NCBI GenBank assembly: GCA_965644495.1
Contig: CBFFSA010000006.1
Coordinates: 682,001 to 746,000 of the forward strand
Direction: 5' to 3'
Length of the DNA stretch: 64,000 nucleotides
DNA from: Perkinsela sp. CCAP 1560/9
Lineage: Eukaryota; Protista; Euglenozoa: Kinetoplastea
Both the position numbers and the translations under genes were made by a program. A model generated the notes under the pieces. The model had not been told where the DNA came from, made no database searches, and saw only the letters and a list, made by a program, of their open reading frames with translations. Every line of letters starts with the position of its first letter. The stretch's first letter is position 1. Of the stretch, positions 20,682 to 29,783 are shown in pieces.

Positions 20682-23600
20682 ATGTCGTGCATACCCCTTG
20701 AGATAGAACAGGTGGGTTTCAGCGTTCTAGGCTCCAATGATTATCATCAATTGGCTATAGTTCAGTGTCAAGATCCCTTGTCACGATCCCAGGGAATCAC
20801 TGTCATGCACCCGGCACTGGGGCCATTGAATAAGTCGGATAGTTGCTATACATGTGACAATGCTTTAGTCGATTGTTTCGGCCACTATGGTGTTATTCGG
20901 TTACAGATGCCTGTTTTCAACGTTGGGTTCTTGACGTATATTATCCGTTTACTGCATGTTCTTTGCAAATCTTGTGGACGCCTTTTGTTAATACAAGAGC
21001 GTATTCGCCATTTCGCGCATCGCTTTAGCAACTCTCGAGGACTCGAATTTTCCCAACGCAAAGGCTTACTCTTGCAAGTACTTTCGGAGGCTCGAAAGAC
21101 CCAGCTCTGTCCACATTGCAAGGCTTGGAACGGTCGCGTCTTCAAAGCTAAAGGCATGGCTTTTAAACTCGTGCATGAGCCCTTTGTTAAACCAGGACGA
21201 AGGGTTCGGGTCGAATTACGGCATGATTTTGAGTTAAATTTTGCACAAGCAGCAAAGATGAATCCTCGCATAGGTCCACATCTCAAAAACGCGCAACAAG
21301 ATCTCACGCCTGATGTTGTGCTAGAATTGTTTCAGAAAACTTCTATGGAAGACTGCATTGCTTTAGACATGGCTGGACCTCACATACTGCAAAATCTTAT
21401 TTTGCAAGATGTCCACGTCCCCCCAAGTTGCGTGCGCCCGGCACCTCCTCCCAACAATGCAGGAATAATTAGGCAAGACGATTTGACGACCGCGTTGAAT
21501 GACATAATAGGTTGGTCAGACGAGATGAAAAAGCATCTTTTGGCAGGAGGAACCTCCCAGCGATTTTTAGAGCTTTGGGATAATCTCCAAGTGAACGTTG
21601 CCCGATACATTGACGATTCGCTTCCTCACTTTCCAAAGAATCTCCGAGACAAGGGACCTGGTCCACTATTGTCTCTTGTGTCACGTATAAAAGGTAAAGC
21701 TGGAAGATTTCGTCGCACATTAAGTGGAAAGCGAGTTAATTTTTCAGGGCGCTCTGTTATTTCTCCAGATCCCAATCTTGATATTGCTGAACTAGCTGTT
21801 CCACTCCAAGTAGCAAAAATTTTAACGTACCCTCAACGCGTGTATTCCCAGAATATTGAAATACTTCGAAAGCTTGTAAGACGCGGTCCTGATATGTATC
21901 CCGGCGCTAACTTTGTATATTTCAAGTCCCGTGGAGAAAAAAGGGACTTGCGTTCTATTCGTACAGACAAAACTTTCGTAGCTCAGTGTCTGCAAGAAGG
22001 TGACATCGTAGAACGTCACCTTTTGGATGGCGACGCCGTGATTTTTAATCGCCAGCCTTCTTTGCATCGACTTTCCATGCTTGCACATCGTGCCCGTGTT
22101 TTACCTCAGCGGACACTTCGCTTCAATGAATGTGTATGTCTTCCATATAATGCCGACTTTGACGGAGATGAAATGAACATTCATCTTCCTCAAACAGAGG
22201 AAGCTCGAGTGGAGTCGCTCGAATTAATGATTTCCAACAAGAATCTTATTAACGCTAGAAATGGTTCTCCAGTAATTGCTGCTATGCAAGATTTTTTGAC
22301 AGGATCATATCTTTTGACTCGGAAAAACGTTTTCATGGATCGCGGTACATTTGCACAAAATCAAACTCATATGCTCGAAAGCAACGCACAGTATCTGCGC
22401 CATCCGGTGATTTGCAAACCAATGGAATTGTGGACAGGAAAACAGCTTTTTGAATCACTAATTTGTCCTGATCCTTCTGCACAAGCTTTATCATTGAGTT
22501 TTCGCTCCACTACACGATTCTTTTCGAATATTGAACGGGAAATGTGTCTAAAGGAAGGATTTGTTTCGTTTCTTGGAAATGAAATGATTTCTGGTTCTAT
22601 GGATAAGAGTATTCTTGGTAGTGGCGATCGATCAAAGGATTCTTTGTTTTTTGCACTTCAACAAATTTGTGGATCTGAGTACGCCAGCAAATGCATGGGT
22701 CGTCTTTGTCGCCTTACTTCTCGTTGGTTAACAAATATTGGATTCAGCATAGGTATCGAGGACGTCTGTCCAGCACCTGAATTGTTACGAACAGCTTCTC
22801 TAATCATAAAAGGCGGATACCAAAGAGCTGACGGGCTAATTAACACATTTCAAAGTGGTATTCTCCTTTCAGATCCTGGTTGCACAGTTGAAGATACTGT
22901 AGAAAGCCGACTTACTAGAGTATGGAGCGATGTCAGAGAAAGTTGCGGAAAATTGTGCAAAGACTCTTTGTTATCTACAAATCCCGCGCTTGTTATGGCT
23001 GAATGTGGAAGTAAAGGGAGTATTCTTAATATTTCTCAGATGGTTGTGTGCGTCGGACAACAAATTGTGCAGGAAAAGCGTATTCAAAATTTTTTTCAAG
23101 ATAGATCTACACCTCACTTCCCAAAATATACACGCAGTGCCGAAGCTAGGGGATTCGTTCAGAATAGCTTTTGCACTGGATTAACACCAACGGAATTTGT
23201 TTTTCACACTATGGCAGGTCGGGAAGGCCTTGTACAGAGCGCTGTAAAAACAGCTCAAACGGGCTATCTTGGTCGCAGGATAATGAAAGTCTTGGAAGAC
23301 CTAGTAGTTGAATACGATGGAAGTGTGCGTAACGCTGCAGGCATGATAATTCAGTTTCAATACGGTGAAGATGGCCAAGATCCAATGGACATGGAGACGG
23401 GAATTTTTTCCGTCAATTTTCGAGCGTTATGGATACAACTTCAGGCTCAAGCACCTTCGAATATATCTTCCCACTCTTCATGTCTCACGCCAGGTGAAAT
23501 GAAGAAGTTTTTTGATTCCACGTTGCAGGATGACATTAATAAAAGGTGTGGCGCACATTTTCGAAACGCTCTTTTTGAATTTTTCAACACAAAAGTGGAC

Positions 23601-24875
23601 GAATTAGTTCGTTTCAGAACCTCTATTGGGCTCCCTGGTGAAGTTCGTGGCCACACGAAACAAGACATGGAAAAAGAGCTTCTCATACCTAGTGACTTGT
23701 TTGTTACTGACGACATTGTTCAGCACTTTTTTGCTACCTGTGTTCAGAGATATTTTCGTAAAGTATGTCAGCCGGGTACGCCATGCGGCGTTATTGCTGC
23801 TCAAAGTTTATCCGAGCCCACCACGCAGATGACATTGCGTACATTTCACTTTGCCGGAGTGGCTGGGATGAGCGTAACACAAGGGGTTCCACGAATAGAG
23901 GAAATTATGGACGCAAGAAAAAAGATTTCGACACCTATAGTAACGGTTCACCTTGAAAATTCAAGTAGCGAAATTGCTGCACGTATTTTAAAGGGTCGTA
24001 TTGAGCGCACAACGCTGCGTGATATTCTGCTCCGAGTACAGACAGTGATCACTCCCCACGATGTTTTCCTAAGCTTAACTTTATGTTTAGACACCATCTC
24101 AAAGCTTCAGCTAGGAATAAACGCTACAGACGTGGCACGAAGCCTTGTGCAATCTTCAAAAACTTTAAGACTGCAACTCAGTACCTCTCACATTCGAGTA
24201 ATGAGTCGAGACACATTACATGTTAAGCCAGTAAATTTAGATCGAGAACAATTATTGTACAATCTTGATCACATCCGACACAAACTTGGAGACGTGATTG
24301 TTGCTGGACTGTCAACCTGCTCCCGTGCTGTAATTAGTAATGTTTCTAAAACGGTCGATAAACCTTGCTACACGTTAATGGTAGAAACAAGCGATTTACT
24401 TCATTTAATGGGGATTAGTGGAGTCTGTTTTGAAAGGACAACTTCGAATCATATCACGAACGTGGAATCCGTGTTAGGCATAGAAGCCGCCCGACGAAAA
24501 ATTATCGAAGAAATCGCGGCCGTAATGAATGTCTACGGTCTTACTATTGATCCTCGTCATACAATGTTGCTTGCCGACGCTATGACTGCTCGAGGACGTG
24601 TTCTCGGAACGACGAATGTAGGAATGACAAAAGATCGAGACAGCGTTTTGAAGCTCGCATCTTTTGAGCGCACCCAGGAACATTTGTTCCAGGCTGCTCT
24701 ACATGATCGTGTGGACAAATACATGGGTGTCTCGGAAAGTATTATTTTGGGAAGACCTCCTCGTGTTGGTACGAACATGTGTTCTATCCTCTATGACTCG
24801 CGTCCCCTGGTTCCGTGTCAGTGTTCAGATTCAACAGTGCTTCGCCCAGTTGTAGTTAGGAATTACCCTGCATAG
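20682..24875 (+). CDS. RPC1: RNA polymerase III largest subunit
   Basis: CFGHYG zinc site, NRQPSLH, YNADFDGDEMN active site, TQMTLRTFHFAGV and DSVLKLASFE (Pol III-type); no CTD. Confidence 0.93.
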   Translation: MSCIPLEIEQVGFSVLGSNDYHQLAIVQCQDPLSRSQGITVMHPALGPLNKSDSCYTCDNALVDCFGHYGVIRLQMPVFNVGFLTYIIRLLHVLCKSCGRLLLIQERIRHFAHRFSNSRGLEFSQRKGLLLQVLSEARKTQLCPHCKAWNGRVFKAKGMAFKLVHEPFVKPGRRVRVELRHDFELNFAQAAKMNPRIGPHLKNAQQDLTPDVVLELFQKTSMEDCIALDMAGPHILQNLILQDVHVPPSCVRPAPPPNNAGIIRQDDLTTALNDIIGWSDEMKKHLLAGGTSQRFLELWDNLQVNVARYIDDSLPHFPKNLRDKGPGPLLSLVSRIKGKAGRFRRTLSGKRVNFSGRSVISPDPNLDIAELAVPLQVAKILTYPQRVYSQNIEILRKLVRRGPDMYPGANFVYFKSRGEKRDLRSIRTDKTFVAQCLQEGDIVERHLLDGDAVIFNRQPSLHRLSMLAHRARVLPQRTLRFNECVCLPYNADFDGDEMNIHLPQTEEARVESLELMISNKNLINARNGSPVIAAMQDFLTGSYLLTRKNVFMDRGTFAQNQTHMLESNAQYLRHPVICKPMELWTGKQLFESLICPDPSAQALSLSFRSTTRFFSNIEREMCLKEGFVSFLGNEMISGSMDKSILGSGDRSKDSLFFALQQICGSEYASKCMGRLCRLTSRWLTNIGFSIGIEDVCPAPELLRTASLIIKGGYQRADGLINTFQSGILLSDPGCTVEDTVESRLTRVWSDVRESCGKLCKDSLLSTNPALVMAECGSKGSILNISQMVVCVGQQIVQEKRIQNFFQDRSTPHFPKYTRSAEARGFVQNSFCTGLTPTEFVFHTMAGREGLVQSAVKTAQTGYLGRRIMKVLEDLVVEYDGSVRNAAGMIIQFQYGEDGQDPMDMETGIFSVNFRALWIQLQAQAPSNISSHSSCLTPGEMKKFFDSTLQDDINKRCGAHFRNALFEFFNTKVDELVRFRTSIGLPGEVRGHTKQDMEKELLIPSDLFVTDDIVQHFFATCVQRYFRKVCQPGTPCGVIAAQSLSEPTTQMTLRTFHFAGVAGMSVTQGVPRIEEIMDARKKISTPIVTVHLENSSSEIAARILKGRIERTTLRDILLRVQTVITPHDVFLSLTLCLDTISKLQLGINATDVARSLVQSSKTLRLQLSTSHIRVMSRDTLHVKPVNLDREQLLYNLDHIRHKLGDVIVAGLSTCSRAVISNVSKTVDKPCYTLMVETSDLLHLMGISGVCFERTTSNHITNVESVLGIEAARRKIIEEIAAVMNVYGLTIDPRHTMLLADAMTARGRVLGTTNVGMTKDRDSVLKLASFERTQEHLFQAALHDRVDKYMGVSESIILGRPPRVGTNMCSILYDSRPLVPCQCSDSTVLRPVVVRNYPA

Positions 24876-25510
24876 ATGATAGATTAATTCGAAGCTTTTG
24901 TTTCACGATAGCAATCTAAATATTCTAAACTAGTCACATCTTATTGAATTTAAAAAATGGCATTGTTGTATGGCATCTTAATACCGTCAAAGTACTTATT
25001 AACGGAATAAAAATCATTGGAACAATAATTAACGGAATAATTATTCATTTTTAGATTTTTACCAAACTCTTCCCAAAAATTTTAGTCGGTTGTCGGTCTG
25101 TTCATCAACAAAATTCAAAATATTTCTCTCCAGAAGAAAAAATACGACGTCACCGCGAAAGGACGAATCGATTACGACGTATCAGCAGAAGTTACAAGAT
25201 AGATGTATTGAAAGGTTTCATCCAACCAAATCACTTTACTGATATTGACTAAGGTTTTGATATCTTTAAAAACGTTTAGTATGTTTTCATATCATGTTTA
25301 CTTGGGTTTTTTCCGCTCATTCTTAAGGTTGGTCTTGTTTTTCCCTCATGTAAACATACGTAATCGGATTTCTTAATATGTTTTCTTCTCATTAATTTTT
25401 TCTCTTGACGCTAAAATTTTGTTACGAATTTCGTAAAAATCATTGGAATAGTAATTAACGGAATAATTTCCTCCCAAAAAAAATTCCGTTAATTATTATT
25501 ATTGTTATTA

Positions 25511-25825
25511 ATTGCGGTGGTTGTAAAACTACCGCTCTACACTCGATTATTGAAAAAAAAAGTGAACAAAAACAGTGAAAATATAAAGGGGAACACAGTA
25601 ATATAATAGAAGAAAAAAATATAAAAGGGGGCTCCGGTGGTCCAAAACTGAAAAACAAAATTGAAAAAAATTGCGGTGGTTGTAAAACTACCGCTCTACA
25701 CTCGATTATTGAAAAAAAAGTGAACAAAAACAGTGAAAATATAAAGGGGAACACAGTAATATAATAGAAGAAAAAAATATAAAAGGGGGCTCCGGTGGAC
25801 CAAAACTGAAAAAAAGAATTGATAA
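25511..25825. repeat. Tandem duplication, 159-bp unit x2
   Basis: attgcggtggttgtaaaactaccgctctacactcg... begins at 25511 and again at 25670, nearly identical. Confidence 0.9.
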
Positions 25826-26555
25826 AAATGGGGGGTCCATGGGGGGGTCCAGGGGGTCATGGTCGAGCAAATTTTTTCGAAAAAATTAGTTTTCGAAAAA
25901 AAACCGCAGAAAGGGTAGCCGGGGTCTCGGCGCGCATTTTCCACCCCCCTACCCGGGGGTGACCCCCCCGCGTATCCGCAGGACGGGTCCGCCAAGTTCG
26001 GATTTTTTCGGAAAAAATTTTTTGAAAAAAAATTCAACTTGGCGAAAAAAATGACAAAAAAAATATTTTTCCAAAATCGTTTCCCCTATTGTATTTTGAT
26101 AGTTTGGGACCTACACTAGCTTTCTCCGCAGTTGTTTTCGCAAGGTATCACTTCTTCGAACCGTGGTGCGCCCCTCAAAATGACCCATGTTTGACTAAAA
26201 AAGGTGAAAAAGTATTTTTCGGACCTAAAGGGGCATTTTTGTGTCGAAAGAATGGTATGGTTGGAGTCGCATTCTCTACCCAATACGTTCGGTAGGCTTT
26301 GATTCATGCCTACGAGTGATTTCCCACGCGCAAATGTCGGATTTAGTGCTCTGACAGCAAAAATACGCGAAAATCACCCCATTTTTACCCGAAATTCGGC
26401 TATTTTTGGCTATAATCTTTCCGTTTTCCAGGCTAAATTTTCTTTTTTAGGCTCTTCGTTAAACGCGGCGGTAGTTTTCAACGCGAAGCGCGCAGCATGA
26501 GTGACTTCAAAGTTGAAAACAACCACCGCGTTTAACGAAGAGCCTAAAAAAGAAA
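25512..26555 (-). mobile_element. Copy B (longest) of hairpin-capped non-coding repeat family
   Basis: Hairpin 26448-26546. Body 25770-26098 is the reverse complement of 63110-63397. Mini-hairpins at 25514-25535 and 25673-25694. Confidence 0.8.
26448..26546. repeat. 99-bp hairpin (35-bp arms, 29-nt spacer)
   Basis: taggctcttcgttaaacgcggcggtagttttcaac / gttgaaaacaaccaccgcgtttaacgaagagccta, flanked by a T-run and an A-run. Confidence 0.92.
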
Positions 26556-26559
26556 TTAA

Positions 26560-26839
26560 ACCACAGTCCGGGTTATTATACCTAGGGACACCTATTGTAC
26601 CTCCTAGGTATAATAACTGTCCCTAGGGTCCTTATTATTCAAGGGTTTAACTCCTTATTATTCAAGGGTAAGTATTCAAGGGTTTCATCAGTTTCTATAC
26701 TCTATTCGTCTATCTCGGCGTATCTTCGTAAATTTTTTTTACCCTTTTTTTCTCAAAGAAAAGTTATTATACCTAGGGACACTTATTATACCTAGGGACA
26801 CTTATTATACCTCCTAGGTATAATAACCCGGACGGTGGT
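26560..26839. mobile_element. MITE with ~27-bp TIR, TTAA-flanked
   Basis: ttaa|accacagtccgggttattatacctagg ... cctaggtataataacccggacggtggt|ttaa; internal ttattatacctagggacac and tattcaaggg repeats. Confidence 0.82.
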
Positions 26840-27097
26840 TTAATAATAAAAAGTAATAATATTGTTAATAATAAGTACTTTGACGGTACTCTTTTTTAAA
26901 ATATTTTGTATGTTAGACCAGAGCAGAAGTTTACTATTACTGTCCCCCCCACTTAAGCGCAACCAGGTTTTGGTATAAAATTGCGCATAAGTAGCCGGGT
27001 CAAAAAAAGGGTAAAAAAGAATTTTCGCGCCGCTTCGCGGCGCGTGTTTCAATCATGAGTTATATACGCGGGGTGCCCTGGGGGGCTGCTGTTAATA

Positions 27098-27336
27098 TAC
27101 TATCCCCCCTATCCTAGCGTGGCTTTGTTGGGATGAAATGCAACGCTAGGAGGGGGGGCAAAAACTGGGGCCGAAGAATTGCTAAGCCGAAGATGTTGTG
27201 AGATTACTGAGGAACATTTTCAAAAAAATCGCTGTTCAGGGTACATTTTTACCATAGCTTCACGGCAAGAGACAGTCTAAAAAGCAACACTAATGAGGGG
27301 GGCTACCGAGGCAACGCTAGGATAGGGGGGATAGTA
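27098..27336. mobile_element. MITE with perfect 21-bp TIR and TA duplication
   Basis: TA ctatcccccctatcctagcgt ... acgctaggataggggggatag TA. Confidence 0.88.
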
Positions 27337-27341
27337 CTGTA

Positions 27342-27398
27342 CCTCCCCTAGTTATCTGTCACAACTTTCCGTTGAAAGGTGACAGATAAGTAGGGAGG
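27342..27398. repeat. Short imperfect hairpin (possible mini-MITE)
   Basis: cctcccctagttatctgtcac / gtgacagataagtagggagg. Confidence 0.7.
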
Positions 27399-27878
27399 AT
27401 AAGTTTCATTTTAAGATTTTTTTGAAAAACAATAGTTAAGACAAAAGCGTACAGTACGTGGCAGGAGGGTTCCTCTGATGTACAGTACAGTATAGTATGC
27501 AAAGACTCGCCGTACAGATCGGTGGAGGTCAGTGTGGATCAGAGGAGATCGCTGGAGATCGATGAAGATCATTTCTGAACGTCCAAAGGGACTACCTGCA
27601 GACTCTCCATTTCAACAGCGGCGAAAATTGGTACAAAAATTCGTACCACAAAAAAGAATCGCGCCGCTTTGCGGCGTTTTTCTTCTTAACGATGCGTCAA
27701 AATTGCACTTAAGTGGCCGGGTCAAACGGTTGCGCATAAGTAGGGGGGGAACAGTAGTACTATTAGTACTTTACTCGTATTAATCTTATTCTTTCTACTA
27801 TTTGTTGAAAATAATGTAAGCTGCTACGTATTTGTACGGGCAATTTTTTTAACTAAAGTATTGTCTCATTTTGCGAAC

Positions 27879-28793
27879 ATGCCTACGCACGTGTTGTATG
27901 CACTTTTCAATGGTACGGAAGCGGAATCCCACCAAAGGCAGCCCCCTTTTCATGGTTTTGACTCCGTCACCGATCTAGTTCGACGGCGCTATGAAGAGCA
28001 GTGTCGTGTTGTCGCAGTCATGGTTCGTCTTGGTTGCCCATTTCTCATGTGCGTCGAACAAAAAATTAAGAAACGTACGGAATATGAAGATGAATTTTCA
28101 TGGGAGCTTCTTGCCCAAGATATGCGCGTTTCCTTTCATGAAGCGTGGAATACTTACCAAAGAAATATTGCTAAAATATCTCTTCAGACGTTGATGGCTA
28201 GCGCACTTTTGTTACATTCAGGGGAGTATTCACACGCTGTGGTTTATCAATGGGATACCAGGCCTCGGTTAGTGAATTACTCCTTAACCCCCCTTCTTCA
28301 ACGCATGGGATCGATCGGTAAAAAGAAGTGGTTTGGTCCCACTCCCCGAGAAGCTGATGTAGAATACTTGGAGTATTCTTTTGAAGGTACACGAAGTGCG
28401 CTGGTCGCTTTCGAGGACTCTGTGATGCGCAATGTGTTGTATGTCTTCTCGGATATTTTGGTAGAGTGTTTCGCAGTTTTGCCATTATGTGTGAATACGA
28501 AGTCAAAAGAAGGTCCGGATGCGCGTTTAGACCCGAAAAGAGCTCAACAGGTTTTTCTCACTAGGTCATGCGCAAATGGAGTGAAGCTTTTTGGTGCTGC
28601 GCTCGGCGCCGCGGCTGGTACTCATCTCAACGCAGGTCATGGGGAATGCTGGGGAGAGGCCTTGGGAGGCATGCTTGCTCAACTCTTTCTGTGGAAAACA
28701 AAGAACACTAAACCATATGAGCTAACTGAGATGCCTATAAAAATACATCACCGATTGCGCACGTCTAAAATCGAAGGCATTGCAGATTCTTAG
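27879..28793 (+). CDS. Hypothetical protein with C-terminal glycine-rich (GxxxG) hydrophobic segments
   Basis: 304-aa ORF from ATG 27879; GVKLFGAALGAAAG...WGEALGGMLAQ. Confidence 0.7.
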   Translation: MPTHVLYALFNGTEAESHQRQPPFHGFDSVTDLVRRRYEEQCRVVAVMVRLGCPFLMCVEQKIKKRTEYEDEFSWELLAQDMRVSFHEAWNTYQRNIAKISLQTLMASALLLHSGEYSHAVVYQWDTRPRLVNYSLTPLLQRMGSIGKKKWFGPTPREADVEYLEYSFEGTRSALVAFEDSVMRNVLYVFSDILVECFAVLPLCVNTKSKEGPDARLDPKRAQQVFLTRSCANGVKLFGAALGAAAGTHLNAGHGECWGEALGGMLAQLFLWKTKNTKPYELTEMPIKIHHRLRTSKIEGIADS

Positions 28794-29165
28794 AAAACTT
28801 GTTTCGAAGACGTGGCTAAATAAGTGGGGCGGATTTGTTGTACAAGGATTATTTCAAAGCTAGTAGAGGTACTTTGAATTAATAAGTAGATGACCTTTAA
28901 AGTTACGTTTTCTTAAACTTTGTAAAGTAATTTGTACCCCGGCTGCACATGACTTACAGTCAGCAAAACAAATTGATTTTTTTCTTTTGTATACAGCTAT
29001 TGAATAAATAGCACGGTTGCGCTGGTAATGTGTGCTAGTAGTGTAGGCTATTAGTATAGGCATGAGTGTCAATGCTCAGCATAGAGTGTCAATGCAAAAC
29101 AAGACGTAAGTAGAAGCGAACAGAGACCGCCCAGAAGCAAAATGACAGGTGAGCCACGTCAAATC

Positions 29166-29412
29166 TACCGGTCGAGCAAAACATTTGGCATTTTTTTAAT
29201 TTCGTCCTTCGAGATCAAAAAAACGTCAGATCAATATTTATGTGGACCAAAATTATTGGGGAAAAATTTTTCGTGCATTGAAATTCCACCCCCTAGCGCT
29301 CACAACGTATGGGATTCCGGGCCCTGAGAAAAATAAAGTCAGACCAATATTTATGTGGAACAAATTTTTTGGAGCCAAATAAAAGTGGACTAAATTTTCT
29401 GCTCGACCGGTA
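29166..29412. mobile_element. TA-flanked MITE-like element
   Basis: taccggtcgagca / tgctcgaccggta termini; internal direct repeat gtcaga-caatatttatgtgga at about 29225 and 29338. Confidence 0.72.
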
Positions 29413-29425
29413 GAGGAAGAAATGG

Positions 29426-29631
29426 AACCCAGGATGAAAGGGGCAAGGGATATACGTAGTAACAGGCGTGGCAGGTTCCCATTGAAAAGAAATGGCATCT
29501 CCCCGCACGAATTTCGTCTCCGAGCTAGCAAGCGCAAAGGCTGTTCTCGTGCGGGGAGATACCATTTCTTTTCAGTGGGAATCTGCCACGCCTGTTGCTT
29601 CGTATCTCCCTCGCCCCTTTCAGCCTCGGTT
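29426..29631. repeat. Foldback with ~85-bp arms and 36-nt loop
   Basis: 29426-29510 is the reverse complement of 29547-29631 with about 9 mismatches. Confidence 0.9.
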
Positions 29632-29783
29632 ATGATTATTTACATGTATTATTATTCTATATCTACGAGAATTCCGAGTAGACATTACTAGTATTCCAAA
29701 GTTCTAATCTTGAATGCAAAGATAAATGTTGTTCTCTTCGGTCTAAAATGATGTTATGACAGCGCACTTCGATTTCCGAATAC

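Larger units (their letters stand above)
24982..26888. mobile_element. TA-flanked MITE-like element, interrupted by a ~1.3-kb nested insertion
   Basis: Perfect 20-bp inverted termini taccgtcaaagtacttatta (24982) and taataagtactttgacggta (26869-26888); internal aattaacggaataa repeats. Confidence 0.8.
26938..27756. mobile_element. TA-flanked MITE-like element with nested insertions
   Basis: tactgtcccccccacttaagcgcaacc / ggttgcgcataagtagggggggaacagta termini; internal direct repeats aaaattgcrc-taagtrgccgggtcaaa and cgcgccgctt-gcggcg. Confidence 0.78.

Noticed and set aside
25511-25825. Direct repeats as a CRISPR array
   Set aside because: Only two units, the whole 159 bp is duplicated (no unique spacers), no cas genes, eukaryotic context.
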